From contig OZ024742.1 of NCBI GenBank assembly GCA_964016885.1, forward strand, positions 193,750,001 through 193,814,000: a stretch of 64,000 nt of DNA, read 5' to 3'. Made by a program: the position numbers and the translations under genes. Positions 28,601 through 41,477 of this stretch are shown piece after piece. This DNA comes from Eledone cirrhosa. Lineage: Eukaryota. The notes beneath the pieces were generated by a model. That model had not been told where the DNA came from and searched no databases. It saw only the letters and a program-made list of their open reading frames with translations. Each line of letters starts with the position of its first letter. Position 1 is the first letter of the stretch.

Positions 28601-31495
28601 TGGAAGCTAAACGTGTCCTTACCAGCGCGCAAGGCCTACAGAGACCGGATTAGCGAACTAGTTAAGCGGGCGCTGACGGGGGCTATCGTCAACAACATGT
28701 GGTGGTTTGCTCTGAAAGAGCAATTAGAATATAGTCCATTAGGTTTAGTAAGGCTTTAGCAATAGAGAAAAATAGAGCAGAGGGAGAATTAGTTAGAAAA
28801 TTAGACGAGGCGCTTAGCAAAGGCATCGCGACCAACGTACTTACGGCGAAGTTGGCCCTTTTAACAATCCTCAATGAAAACACGGAGGCTGCGTTGTCAG
28901 AGCTAGGTGCATGCTCTCAGACACGAGGGGACGAAAGCCGTTCAATGGGCCCGAGTGGCGGAGACGCGTCGTGGCAACAAAGCCACGATCGGGTCTTTGG
29001 TGGACCACGACGGGCGCATGCTACTCCATCCCGGGCAAATGTGTGAAGCTTTTCAGCGACACTTCGATCAGCTGTTCGGGGGCAGCGGCGGGCCGGATCG
29101 AGGGATGGACTTTAGTGTCTACCTCGACGGACGCCGCGGCTCTCGGCCACTGAGGCGGAGTGTTCCCAAAAGCCGATAACTGCCGCTGAAGTACGGGAGG
29201 CAATGACTGGCTGCCCAAGGGGTAAATCGCCTGGTTTGGATGGTCTGCCCTATGAATTTTACGTACAGATGCCAGACTTGTTCGGAGGCTTCTTGGCGGA
29301 CGTCTACTGCAACTGGCAACAGAGCGGGAGAATTCCCAGCTCTGTGAGCCGAGGAGCTGTGGCGCTGTTGAGAAATGTTAGGCCCATAACTCTGCTAAAC
29401 ACAGAGTTCAAGATTTTGGCCAAGCTGCTAGCAAGTGGTTGGCGCTTGTAGTTGTTGGTCTGGTGGGAGAGGGGCAGACATGCGCCATTCCCGAGAGATC
29501 CATCCACGACAACCTCCACCTCATGCGATACATCGTAGAGAGGGTAGCTAGGGAACCTGACACGGGTGGGTCCTTGATCAATTTAGATCAGTCGAAATCT
29601 TTCGATAGGGTCGACCATCGTTACCTAGCTGCAGTCCTGAGAGCGGCTGGCTTTGACCCGTCTTCAGAGGCTGGATCGTTTCCATGCACAGCGTAACCTG
29701 CTCTGTGGTGAGAGTGAACGGTCACCTTTCGGAACAGTTCAACATCATGCGCTCGGTCCGCCAAGGATGTCGCCTCTCGTCCCTCTTGTACGTATTGACT
29801 CTCGAGCCATTACTGTACAAACTGAAGACGTTGAGGGGGGTCCCGCGAGAACTAGGATGCGGAATATCCGTGTCAGCATATGCGGACGATGTCCCCGTAG
29901 TGGTGTCGAACGCCAAACACATCGAGACGATCGGCACTACACTAAGGGAATACGAAGCGGTGACAGGAGCAATGATCAACCAGGAAAGGTCAGTGGGCCT
30001 GCAGCTCGGCACCTGGAGAAGCAGGTCCATGCCATCCAACAGCGTCGTCGGGCGCTGGGCGGACGGACCGGTTAAATTGCTCGGGGTCTGGTTCGATCCG
30101 GATCTCCGGACGGACAAAAACTGGGACGAGGTGACGAGCAGGGTGGCTTCTCTCACCCAGAAATGGGCCGAGAGGAAACTATCCCTGAAAGGTCGAGCGG
30201 AGGTGGCTAACGCCTATATCGCGTCCGTCATCTACTACTGCCTGACCGACGTACATTGTCCTAAGCCCCCGCCTGACTGCGCTGGAGCGTTTGCTGTTTG
30301 GCATTTTGTAGAAGGGACGCGCTCCGATGGTCAGGCGGTCCATCTGCTGTCAACACCCGCTACGTGGAGGGCTGGGATTACCGTGGCTGATGTTACGCAG
30401 ACACACGCTCAGGCTACAACATCTCCACCTCTTCCTCGACGGTGATCAGGTGTGGTCGCCGTTTTCTAGATGCGTCTTTCCCCTGCTCGTCTCCTTGACG
30501 GAGCTGCAGTCCTGGGTCAAGCAAAGACCGAGAGGGAGCGCTTGGAGACTGGAATGTCTTCAGGCGCTCACAGCCCTCGACCAATCGGGCAATGTGATCG
30601 GTGGAAACTCCACCTTAGCGTTCTATATAGGATTAGTGGGCGAGAAGAGCGACGACGTACTTGGGGAAACTCTAGGCGTCGACGAAAATCAACTAGCCAA
30701 TCTCTTCAGAAGAACTTTCGGGTCGGGGCCAATGGACAACTTCCAGAAATCCCTGGCATGGCATTGCTACCGAGGAGCTTTGCCAGTTCGGGATAAACTC
30801 TACAGTCATGGAGGTGCCGTCTGCCGGGCATGTCCGAGATGCGTGCAGGGCGACGAAACCATCCTGCACGCACTCGTCCAGTGTCCGAGCATTGCTGACT
30901 TGTGGGTTTATGTCGAACACCTGCTGTCGCGTGTGGGACGGATCCAGCTATCAGCTGAGTCCATCGTGAGGATTTCCACGCCCTCTTCCTTTAGCCGGGA
31001 AGGGCAGGCAGTTTTTATCTGTATGGTGGCCATGGCGAAAGAGATAGTATGGTGGATACGTTTAAAAGGGCTGAAGATGAGCACTTACCTCTTCCGTGAT
31101 GCCCTGATTAACTTTTTTTAATTTAATTTGAAAAGGAAAATCAGGGTAGAAAGGGAAGTGTTCTCTTCCCAGCATTTTGTTGAAAGATGGGTGAGAGAGG
31201 CAAGAATGGTCCGAGTGTGTCTGAGTATGTGTCTGAGTATGTGTATGTAAATTAAAGGTTGGAAACTGGGAGAGGGCTGTTGGTCAGGATCACTGTGGCT
31301 TTTTAATGGGCTTTCTCCACGAATGTCCCTCGGAAGTCTCCTCCTTATTGAGGTATTTTTTCATTGTTCTATTACATCCTCTGTTTCTTGTTTTTTACAC
31401 GCAGAAATGCACATTTTTTACCGTCCCGTATTGTCATGTACTGTCCTGAATGTCTACTTTATGTAAACCCCTGTGGTTAATAAAGAAAGCATTAC

Positions 31496-31523
<28 letters not shown>
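25668..31523 (+). mobile_element. Near full-length Tx1/L1-clade LINE copy C (ORF1 ~25884-27855 with decayed CCHC knuckle; ORF2 ~27890-31250), pseudogenized
   Basis: ORF1 FVVCGEGTHLRAFC; ORF2 SINTRGL, SETR, TDHK, DQSKSFDRVDH, RQGC, YADD, CPRC..HALVQC; (ATT)n at both ends. Confidence 0.94.
27504..27572 (+). mobile_element. 5'-truncated SINE (10877 family) inserted in Tx1 ORF1; similar pieces at 42826-42887 and 51855-51963
   Basis: ggtcgataaaataaagtaccagt..gtgcctaaagtagaaac. Confidence 0.8.
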
Positions 31524-31576
<53 letters not shown>

Positions 31577-31579
<3 letters not shown>

Positions 31580-34500
31580 ATAAGAATATTTATATTTATA
31601 TATGTTTGATATAACTATAAATATCTATGCTTGTAATAAGTATTAGCCGGTTACCGGTATGACAAAAGGCCCAATGCAAATGTTCAAGTGTTTTACAGAG
31701 CCGAGATACAAAGTGTTAAAATGATGAAATTTTAGTTTAGATCATTTATTAGCTGACAATTGTTTCTTCCGGAGGGAAATCTGGATTCATCGGAGTATAA
31801 GGAATGTCGAAACATGTAACTAGTATCTTAGTCATTTAGAACAATTAGGGTACATAATTTTTATTAGTGTCAAAGACATCATGTGGAGAGTCAGGAGTTA
31901 AAAAGATCTTCTGCTTGAAGAACACAATTTCAGGCTGCACTGGTTGGAAGTGTAATAGGTATAATTAAAATGTACAAGCAAAAAAATCACAGGCAAAACG
32001 AAGACAGGCAAAAAAGTTATAATAATGGAAAATTCGTGTACAATGCAGGAGTCAATACAGTCAATAAGGCATGTATGAGGAAAATTTATAATGCAGTTGA
32101 AATAAACATATTTTGTGTGGGGTGTTAAAGCATGTTATAATTGTTATAAATGTTTAAGATAGTGTGCAATTTGTTAGAGAGGCATGTGGTGATAATGTGG
32201 GTATTTTTTTATGTAAGGTGTAATGCAAAGCACTAGACAGAGTTGGGTATGGGATGTTTATTTAAGTGTTTTTGTGTTGTAGTTCATATTTATGTGCATG
32301 TGTTGTTTGTTACACACAGCTATTAACGATGGGATTATTTTAAGTCGTTCATAGTCAGTAGGTGTTCGTTTGTTAAATGTAAATTCCTCCGAATTACTGG
32401 CCATGTTGTTATTGTACGTATATTATCTTATTAATTTGTTATCAACAAATTATCTTTTCTAGGGTTTGTATTAACCGTTATTAAGTTGTTGGTGAACCAT
32501 TAGGTTGCTTAATTTTATAGGTTTACACAGGAAGTTGTAAAGGGAGTTAATAACAAACGGTGGTAATTAAGGTTGTTGATAAATTAAGGGTTGTTATAAT
32601 ATTGTGGTGGTGTTATACATTTATCTATATAGAGTATATAAAATATAAAATATTCTTGGTTATATAATTCTTATATTTTCAACCGGTGTGGAGGAGGTTA
32701 AATACATTTTTTAATTTCGTTTATTATAACTAGATAGTTTTACATAGTTAGTATATGCATGTATAATCATTGGGTGTTTATTCGGGTGTCTATATTATTT
32801 AAATCTTTTAATAGTAAAAGGTAAGGGATCAAACAGGGGTTTATTGATTTTATGTAGGTCAGTGTGGTCTTTTAATTAAGGTGTAGTCCTATATTCATGA
32901 GGGTCTAGTTGGATAAATGACTGTCTAGTTGGATAAATTACAAGGTGGTGGTCTAGTGTTATCTTCGACATTGGTCTTTATTTTTATCTTTATTATTATT
33001 ATTATTAGTTACTAGGTTTGACGTAGTGGAACGAGAATCTATGGTAATGCGGACACGGGTAGACGATCTCTGATTTCCTATTTAGTAGGCTAAGGTCAGA
33101 GTGAATAATATTTTTAGACTCGAGGATGCAACAGTTACAAAATGTGTTAGGTGGTCTATATGAAGGGGCCTTAGCTATCACTTCCCATTTTAAGGTGTAT
33201 GGTATATTACTTGATTTTAATGAGTGTATGTATGTGGATAGTGAGTTTACTTTGCTAAGTTTAGGGTTTCTGAACGAATGGAGGTGTGAATTATATCTGG
33301 TCTTCAAGCTATTCGATGTAGAACCTATATATACTTTCGAGATGTGATTGGCGGTTACAGTACCGGAGTAGACAATGTCTTTAATTAGGCAGTTCTTATT
33401 TAATGGACATCTCTTGTTAGGCCTACAGTTACAATTGTTTTGTTTACTAGTATACTGGTTAAGGGAGTATGCATTTGAGTGGTTGTTTGTGTTTCTACTT
33501 CTAGTATTATGATTATGGTGAGTGTTATTACTATTTGTATTATTAGTGTGATTTGCTGTATGGTCTTGTACTGTGTTGTTGCTCAGGTTATTTCTATGCT
33601 GGACATTAATACTTTGGTGTAATTTGAAGTATGTTTCAGTCTTTCTCTTGTTGGTGCTGGCTATATCGTCTGCTATGTTAGGTGTGGTGGAGTAGGATAT
33701 TTTAATTGTGTTTGTGTTAAATAGATTGTGGTATATATGGTTAGTTGGGAAGTCTTTGTCTAGAGTAGAGAATAAAACTTTAGGTATGTTTGTTGATACA
33801 TTTAAGTTGAACAGAGGGTTAAAAAATGTGCTACTTCTTCTTCTATTCTTCTTATGGTTGTTATTCATACTACTGTTTAGTGTGGTGTTAGGTTCCTTCT
33901 TAACTATATTTTTCTTTCTGTGGTGTTTCTGAGGGTTATTGCTGTGGTGTGATATAAACCTTTATACAGGAGTCTAGATTTTCAATACTATGATCATATT
34001 TACCTTATTCATGGCCATGTTGTGTGAAATTATATTAGGTTGACTATGGATGATTGACGATTTAAATTTAATGTTATCTCTCTCTGGCCGGAACTGGCTA
34101 AGGCTTCATTATAGTATTGGGAGTTACGATTAAATGTATTCTCGTTGTAAGAAATGCTAGAGATTCTATTAGATACTCCTTTAATGATTGAGGAAGTCAG
34201 TACAGATTTAGGGTGGTTAGAGTTGGTATTAACATAGAAAAGTCTTTCATTAGGTTTATGATAAGGTGTGTATTTTTTAGAGTCGAAGTAGAGAGTGACG
34301 CCCAGGAAGTTAACATTTTTGGTGTTTTTATCTAAAGTGATACCAAAGTTATAGTTTTTAAATATTTTATGTAATTGTTTTCTAGTTTTTTTCTATATTG
34401 AACTTTTTATAGTCTAAGACGGAGAGTGCGTCCTCTCGACAGAGGCCACCATTGAGGTAAGGTGGGTTCTTGGGTATTTCGTTTAAGAGAAATAAACCGA

Positions 34501-35759
34501 CTAAGTCGGTTACCTGTGCCGAGTCACTAGATCCCATGGTGATATCGAAGTTGTTGGGTCTATTCTTGCGGGTCCATAATTGGTCTTCAAATTTAATTAT
34601 TGTTTTCCTGGCCGCAAGGATTATATCTACCTGGGATCTAGTGAGTTCACTATTGTTCACGGCCATTATTAATGCTTTATTTAGGAGGATAGGTGAGATA
34701 GAAGTGTAGTAGGAGTTTATATCAAGTTGGATGAATTTCTTGTTATTATTTTCTTTAATACCATTAAACCATTCGATTATTTCACTAGTGTTTCCCCAGA
34801 GGTTAAAATGGATTTTTTTTTAATTTGGGGGATTACCTTATCTAAGATTTTTTTTTATTAATGATACCAATGTCGGATCTGGATGGGAAAATAAGTCTAA
34901 TTGAGGGATTAGTATTGAAGTCATCCTTATGGTCTTTCAGAGCGAATCGTAGGGGATTAGGGGTGTACGGTTGAGTATATCCCCCTACTCCTATTTTACA
35001 TATTAACCTACGGGCTTCAATATTTATGTCATCCAGGTTTTTATGTGATGTTCTTTTGTAGTTCCTATAAAGTTCTTTATATATAAATTCTCTATATGTA
35101 TCGTAATCAGGGCTATATATATGTTTTTAGTTTATCAGCTAGTACTAATATATTCTTATTGTTATTAAAGTTTTTTATGGTGGAATTTAGGTTATTTAGG
35201 ATGTCGTTCTTCTTATTGTAGTATTTCTTGTCCCTAATCCTTTTAATAAGTGACACAAGGTCGTTTTCAAATGAGTCCAGTAAGATATTGTGTGGAGCGA
35301 TTTTATATGTTTTGAATCCGTATATTTCAAGTGAAGGTGCATCTTGTTTTTTTGTAGCGCGGTTCCTATCGTAGAAGGCCTTCCATCTAACTCTTTTGAT
35401 AAAATACTTGACACTATTAATCAATAGTTTTTCGTATGTATCCCTAAATGCATTATAACTTTTTTGCCTGTGTTCTTTTTGCTTGTGATTTTCTTGCTTG
35501 TGAATTTTAATTATACATATTACACTTCCAGCCAGTGCTGCCTGAAATTGTGTTCTTTCAAGCAGAACATCTTTTTAACACCTGATTCTCCACATGATGT
35601 CTTTGGCACTAATAACAATTATGTACCCTAAATGTTCTAAATGACTAGGATTTTAGTTACATGTTTCGACATTGCTTATGCTCCGATGATTCCAGACTTC
35701 CCTCTAAAAGAAACAATAGACAAAATGTTCTAAACTAAAATTTGATCGTTTTAACACTT

Positions 35760-35761
<2 letters not shown>
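31577..35761 (-). mobile_element. Naiad-like PLE, near full-length decayed ORF (35424-33005) with inverted pLTRs
   Basis: RVRWKAFY, FDITMGSSDSAQ, CRED, FFNPLF, CNCRPNKRCPLNKNC, VYIG; 31709-32022 is the reverse complement of 35452-35761; HHRs at 31752-31796 (-) and 35680-35724 (+, decayed). Confidence 0.92.
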
Positions 35762-35813
<52 letters not shown>

Positions 35814-35897
35814 TAGTATTAGTTATACTATTTATGGTTATGTAAATACAAAACCTTATGCAGTTATAAGTATTTTACACACACCCTAAATAGTGTC

Positions 35898-35928
<31 letters not shown>

Positions 35929-37144
35929 TGGAAAATAATTACCCTAAATAACAAATCAACAGGCACAGTGCCCGGAAGAAATATATTACTTTAACGCTTA
36001 ATATTTTGGACACTAGTCCTTAATCAGGAGACGGATTTAGAAATAGAAGACAAATAGTAAGTAAAGAGTGTCTCAACAAATTAACTCACTACACCTCACT
36101 ACCCGACCCGTGTATAGCGAAAAGGCGCAAGAAAAGATCTATAATTTCAGTGGGATCTAGCCTTTGTAAAATCCAATTCGAAGCATATATTTTTTTGTGA
36201 TGGAAGTATCAGGACATATAACAGAACTATTTAAGAAATTGAAATTTCAGTCTGATTCAACGTATATAGAAACGGTTGTTGACAATACATGTTGACAAGC
36301 ATTACACAAATATTGGATCTTATCGGTGAAAGGAAAACATAATCTAATAGAATTTAAAACCGAAATAATCAACAGGAGAAATAGAGATCTCTTATTTGCA
36401 ATCTGGGATGTTATCCGTATATCCTATTCTATACAATTGCTTGTTTTAATAAAGGAGCCACATCATTATGGTGTGGAAAAATAAAATTCCAGCCACGCAA
36501 TAGATTCCTCTTAACCGATTGACGCTCTCAATCTGTCGCTATGTGCATACATTATACATACATTCTATTAACATTTCATTGAAATACTATTCAGTTACTT
36601 CAATTTATGTTCTGAGTTCAAGTTCCGCTATTGACCAGTTCGCATTTCATCATTGTCGAAGCTGCGGATCATACATTTACATCATATTATTTTTTCTAGT
36701 TACACAATTGTTTCAATCAATTTTTTCACATGAATTCAATTTGTATATTCTCGAGGAATGTTTTGTATTGAAGTATTTATCCATATGTCTCAAGATTCAC
36801 AGTACTTCTTAAGCTGGTGACAAAATAAAAAAGAAACAGCAATGAATATATCCACCTACTTACTGTTCTTAATTGTGTTTAAATCAACGCCTGTCTGTTT
36901 TTTTTTTTGTTTTTTTTTGTCTTGAAACTCTTGTTGAGAATTTCTTACCATAAATGTCTTCAATATATTTGTTCATATCCAAACGATTTTCAACAATTAC
37001 ATTATTTAAAAAAAAGAAAACTTCGTTGCTAGTCTACTTCCAAAATGACAATCCACAAATACACACACACATATTCACACACACATATTCACACACACAC
37101 ATATATACACACACACACACACACACAAATATATATATATATAT

Positions 37145-37230
37145 AACGGCGATGAATTAGTTTTACGAGGTTTTTGATATGAAATCGTGTGTCGAAACAA
37201 ATATTGTTATACTTGGGGAGGGTCACATAT

Positions 37231-37267
<37 letters not shown>

Positions 37268-37475
37268 AAGATGTGAGAAAAACCACAGACCCTCCATCTC
37301 AACTCACCTTTTGAAAAGCAGAAGAACTGCGAAACCGGTAAAGGAACCAAATAAATATATATATTTTTTTTTAAAATAAGACTTCAGTTGCATTTTCGAT
37401 TTCATCCCTTTTTCTTTATACTTCCACTCGTGTAGGACACCTCGGTTATTTTTCATTTTGTAAAAAAAACCTCAC

Positions 37476-37525
<50 letters not shown>

Positions 37526-37753
37526 CGGCGATGAATTAGTTTTACGAGGTTTTTGATATGAAATCGTGTGTCGAAACAAATATTGTTATACTTGGGGAGG
37601 GTCATTTTGTGTAATAATATGACAACATTGAGGACCGAATAAATTAAATTAACCGATATAAAAGACACAGAAGCGAAAACCAACCGAACAGTGAATGTGT
37701 TCTGTTATTAATTCTGGCAGTATTATTACACAAATATGAACCTCCCAATGTAT

Positions 37754-37757
<4 letters not shown>
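37145..37757. mobile_element. Cluster of short pLTR fragments in (TA)n
   Basis: 37145-37225 and 37523-37605 match the 2165/16145 pLTR end; 37270-37420 matches the 49950-50080 pLTR. Confidence 0.7.
37307..37344 (+). ncRNA. Minimal type-I hammerhead with U3-A8 core
   Basis: cctt-TTGAAAA-gcag-aagaa-ctgc-GAAAC-cg-GTA-aagg; homolog at 50006-50043 (-). Confidence 0.8.
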
Positions 37758-37808
<51 letters not shown>

Positions 37809-37841
37809 CATAAACACATATATATATACATACATAAACAC

Positions 37842-37882
<41 letters not shown>

Positions 37883-37948
37883 GGAAAAAATGAAACGATA
37901 TTTCATACTTATATATATATATAAATATATATATGTGTGTGTGTGTGT

Positions 37949-38010
<62 letters not shown>

Positions 38011-38905
38011 GTGTCTGTGTGTGTGTGCGTGTGTGTGTGGAGAGAGAGAGTGAGAGAGAGGGTGATTTAGAAAGATAGGAAGACACATATATATATGTGT
38101 GTGTGTGTGTGTAGGGAGGGACAGAGAAAGAGATAAGAATTTCTAATTTAAGATGCTAATAATAAAGCTTTCAGAAATTGTGATACTTTCAGAATATATG
38201 TATTCTTTTCTACTTTGCACGGTGTCAATACTGACAGGTTACAGCATTGAAATAAATGAAATGATGTTTCCTCTTCCACAATATAAAATTCGACTTGTAG
38301 AATATTTCATATTATGAGACAGTTTTGAACATCCTAGGTTTAAAAGAATGGACGTGAACCAATGTAAGAACTACACATATAATCGATACTAAGTTTTAAC
38401 ATGTCAAAATCGAAAATCTTATCTTAATGTTCTTCATATTTCAGTAGGTTAGAATTATATTTAAATAAATTATAGATAGAGAAAATGATATTGTTTTAAC
38501 TTAGTGAATACTCAAACCAAATACATTTACCGCTGAAAACATTTTCTTATTAGGTTACATACCTTAGCCTGCAGTGTTTAATGCAGTTCTGTACATTTTT
38601 TTTATGGCAGATGGTGGCAGCTTGTGTATCATGTAAGTTAGGATGATCGTTTCACATCTACGCCATTTCTCGATGAATCTCACTGTGCAGTCAATAATGT
38701 GTACTGTTTGGTACAAGAGCCGCGTTGAGGGAAAACACTTTTGAAGGAAGTTGGCCTGGATTAGCAGCATTACATGCACCCGGCTTAATTTAACAGAACT
38801 CACAATATAGGCAGCTGATATCCCATGACTATGAGTGAGAACCTCCGTTCCCGGCGGCATATTCAATAGGTGTGAACGGACATCCTCAATGAAAGAAATA
38901 TTCCA

Positions 38906-38947
<42 letters not shown>

Positions 38948-39022
38948 TAATAATAAATTTGAAGACTAAAATCCAAAGAAGGCTCGATATATATATGTAT
39001 GTGTATATATATATATATATAC

Positions 39023-39089
<67 letters not shown>

Positions 39090-39185
39090 ATATATATATA
39101 TAGTAATAATAATAAATTTGAAGACTAAAATCCAAAGAGGGCTCGATATATATATATGTATGTGTATATATATATATACATATAT

Positions 39186-39268
<83 letters not shown>

Positions 39269-39390
39269 AGTGTATATATATATGTATATATACATATTAC
39301 ATATATATATATTTGTATGTAAATATATATATACATATTATATATATATAATATGTGTGTATATATATATATATATGTATATACATATAC

Positions 39391-40853
39391 TGATATTTGA
39401 TTTCGGATTCATAGAAACACTTTAAACGTATAACGTTTGATTTGTCCAGGTGTATTTTTTCACAACCGGTTAGTTCTTTCGTTACTTTGGTATTGTGTGT
39501 TAGATTTTGCCTACCACAATGTTCAAATTGTCAAGCTATTTAAACGTATGTTATTACTCTAAGGACCTACTTTGTCGAGGGCTTTGCTAACTCATTCATA
39601 TAGTAGGTCGAATTTGCTTGCTCACCGCCAAAATTTCAATTTTACTAAGCCTCCAATTATATTATTTTCTCCTAGATTTAATAACTAACTAATTAATTTA
39701 ATTAGACAATTTTGTTGATTGGTTAATTATTTGTGTTTCTTTAATAACATCTGGTCGAGAGCTTATTCTGAATATTAGCGGAAATTATAATATTTCCTTT
39801 GTCTAACATTTTGAATGACCCGCCAAAAACCGGGGTTTATTTCCCTTGTTGGAAATAACACGTGACAACCAAATGTTCGATTCGCTGCTGCTAGTTGTAA
39901 CATTGGGTATCTCGCCCCGTTCTTTGGTAGAACGAAATCCTGTTGATGAAATGAATCCTCTGTTCGATCATGAATACCACGGGCCTGCCAGTTACGTAAG
40001 TCTGATATTTGATTTCGGATTCGTAGAAACATTTTAAACGTATAACGTTTGATTTGTCCAGGTGTATTTTTTCTCAACCTGTTAGTTCTTTCGTTACTTT
40101 GGTATTGTGTGTTAGATTTTGCCTGCCACAATGTTCAATTTGTCAATCTATTTAAACGTATGTTATTAGTCTAAGGACCTACCTTGTCGAGTGCTTTTCT
40201 AACTCATTCATATAGTAGGTCGAATTTGCTTGCACACGCCAAAGATTCGATTTTATTAAGCCTCAATTATATTATTTTCTCCTAGATTTAATAATTAACT
40301 AATTAATTTAATGATACAATTCTGTTGATTGGTTAATTATTTGTGTTTCTTTAATAACATCTGATCGAGAGCTTATTCTGAATATTAGCGGAAATTATAA
40401 TATTTCCTTTGTCTAACACTTTGAATGACCCGCCAAAAACCGGGGGTTATTTCCCTTGTTGGAAATGACACGTGACAACTAAATGTTCTATTCACTGCTG
40501 CTAGTTGCAACATTTGGTATTTCGCCGCGTTCTTTGGTAGAACGAAATCCTGGTGATGAAATGAATCCCCTGTTCGATCCTAAATACCACGAGCCTGCCA
40601 GTTACGTAAGTCTGATATTTGATTTCAGATTCATAGAAACACTTTAAACGTATAACGTTTGATTTGTCCAAGTGTATTTTTTCTCAACCTGTTCTTTCGT
40701 TACTTTGGTATTGTGTGTCAGATTTTGCCTGCCACAATGTTCAAATTGTCAAGCTATTTAAGGACCTACCTTGTCGAGTGCTTTCCTAACTCATTCATAT
40801 CGTAGGTCGAATTTGCTTGCATCCTGCCAAAGATTCGATTTTACTAAGCCTAC

Positions 40854-40858
<5 letters not shown>
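39391..40858 (+). repeat. ~2.4 tandem copies of a ~610 bp non-coding unit, one HHR per unit (39939-40062, 40549-40672)
   Basis: tgatatttgatttc at 39391, 40003 and 40613; flanked by (TA)n. Confidence 0.9.
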
Positions 40859-40899
<41 letters not shown>

Positions 40900-40904
<5 letters not shown>

Positions 40905-41183
40905 CTCTTTTTCTCTTTTACCGGCTGAGGCCATGCTGGGTCACCGCCCTTGTTGCTACACATTTTATCTCAAGCATGTATTGGTTGACCACTGGTGCAA
41001 GAGGGAGTTCGTTGCGGCTACCCTTAGGTTTCCCTCGTGCCTTGCAGTGGGCTCATCCGTGATCAGGGATAGAAAGGTGTCGAGATGTTTCTTGAAGTCA
41101 TCCTCATCCACACCATGTAGATCTTTCAGATCCCTCGGCAGCTTGTTGAAGAGTGAAGGGCCCTTGAACCTCAGGCTATTGCA
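40900..41183 (-). mobile_element. CR1-like LINE 3' fragment
   Basis: NSLRFKGPSLFNKLPRDL..FKKHLDTFL..DEP..AATNSL. Confidence 0.75.
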
Positions 41184-41199
41184 ATATATATATATATAA

Positions 41200-41446
41200 A
41201 GAATGAATAATAACAGGTAGACATCATAAACAGGTAATTTATTCTGTGTGCTTACAAATGTTTCCACGGTGGTTATACAGCCTAGTTATGTTATGTGCAA
41301 ATTTATAACTATTTGCAAAAGTCAATTATCAAATGCTGTGACCACTGAATCCTCAGAGCAGAATGGTTAAAATGTAAAATGTAAATACCCTTAAGTGAAG
41401 TTATTGGGGAAGATAGAGTACAAAAAGAAGAGAGAAAAGAATGGGA

Positions 41447-41477
<31 letters not shown>

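Noticed and set aside
35990-36032. HHR-like CTGATTA-aggactagtgtcc-AAAAT on the minus strand
   Set aside because: Multiple core mismatches and no stem I; too decayed to call
38563-38866. Possible host exon on the minus strand ending in AG|GTATGT
   Set aside because: No good acceptor, no recognizable protein similarity, no partner exons
39391-40858. CRISPR array or classical satellite
   Set aside because: Eukaryotic context, long units with no unique spacers, only 2-3 copies
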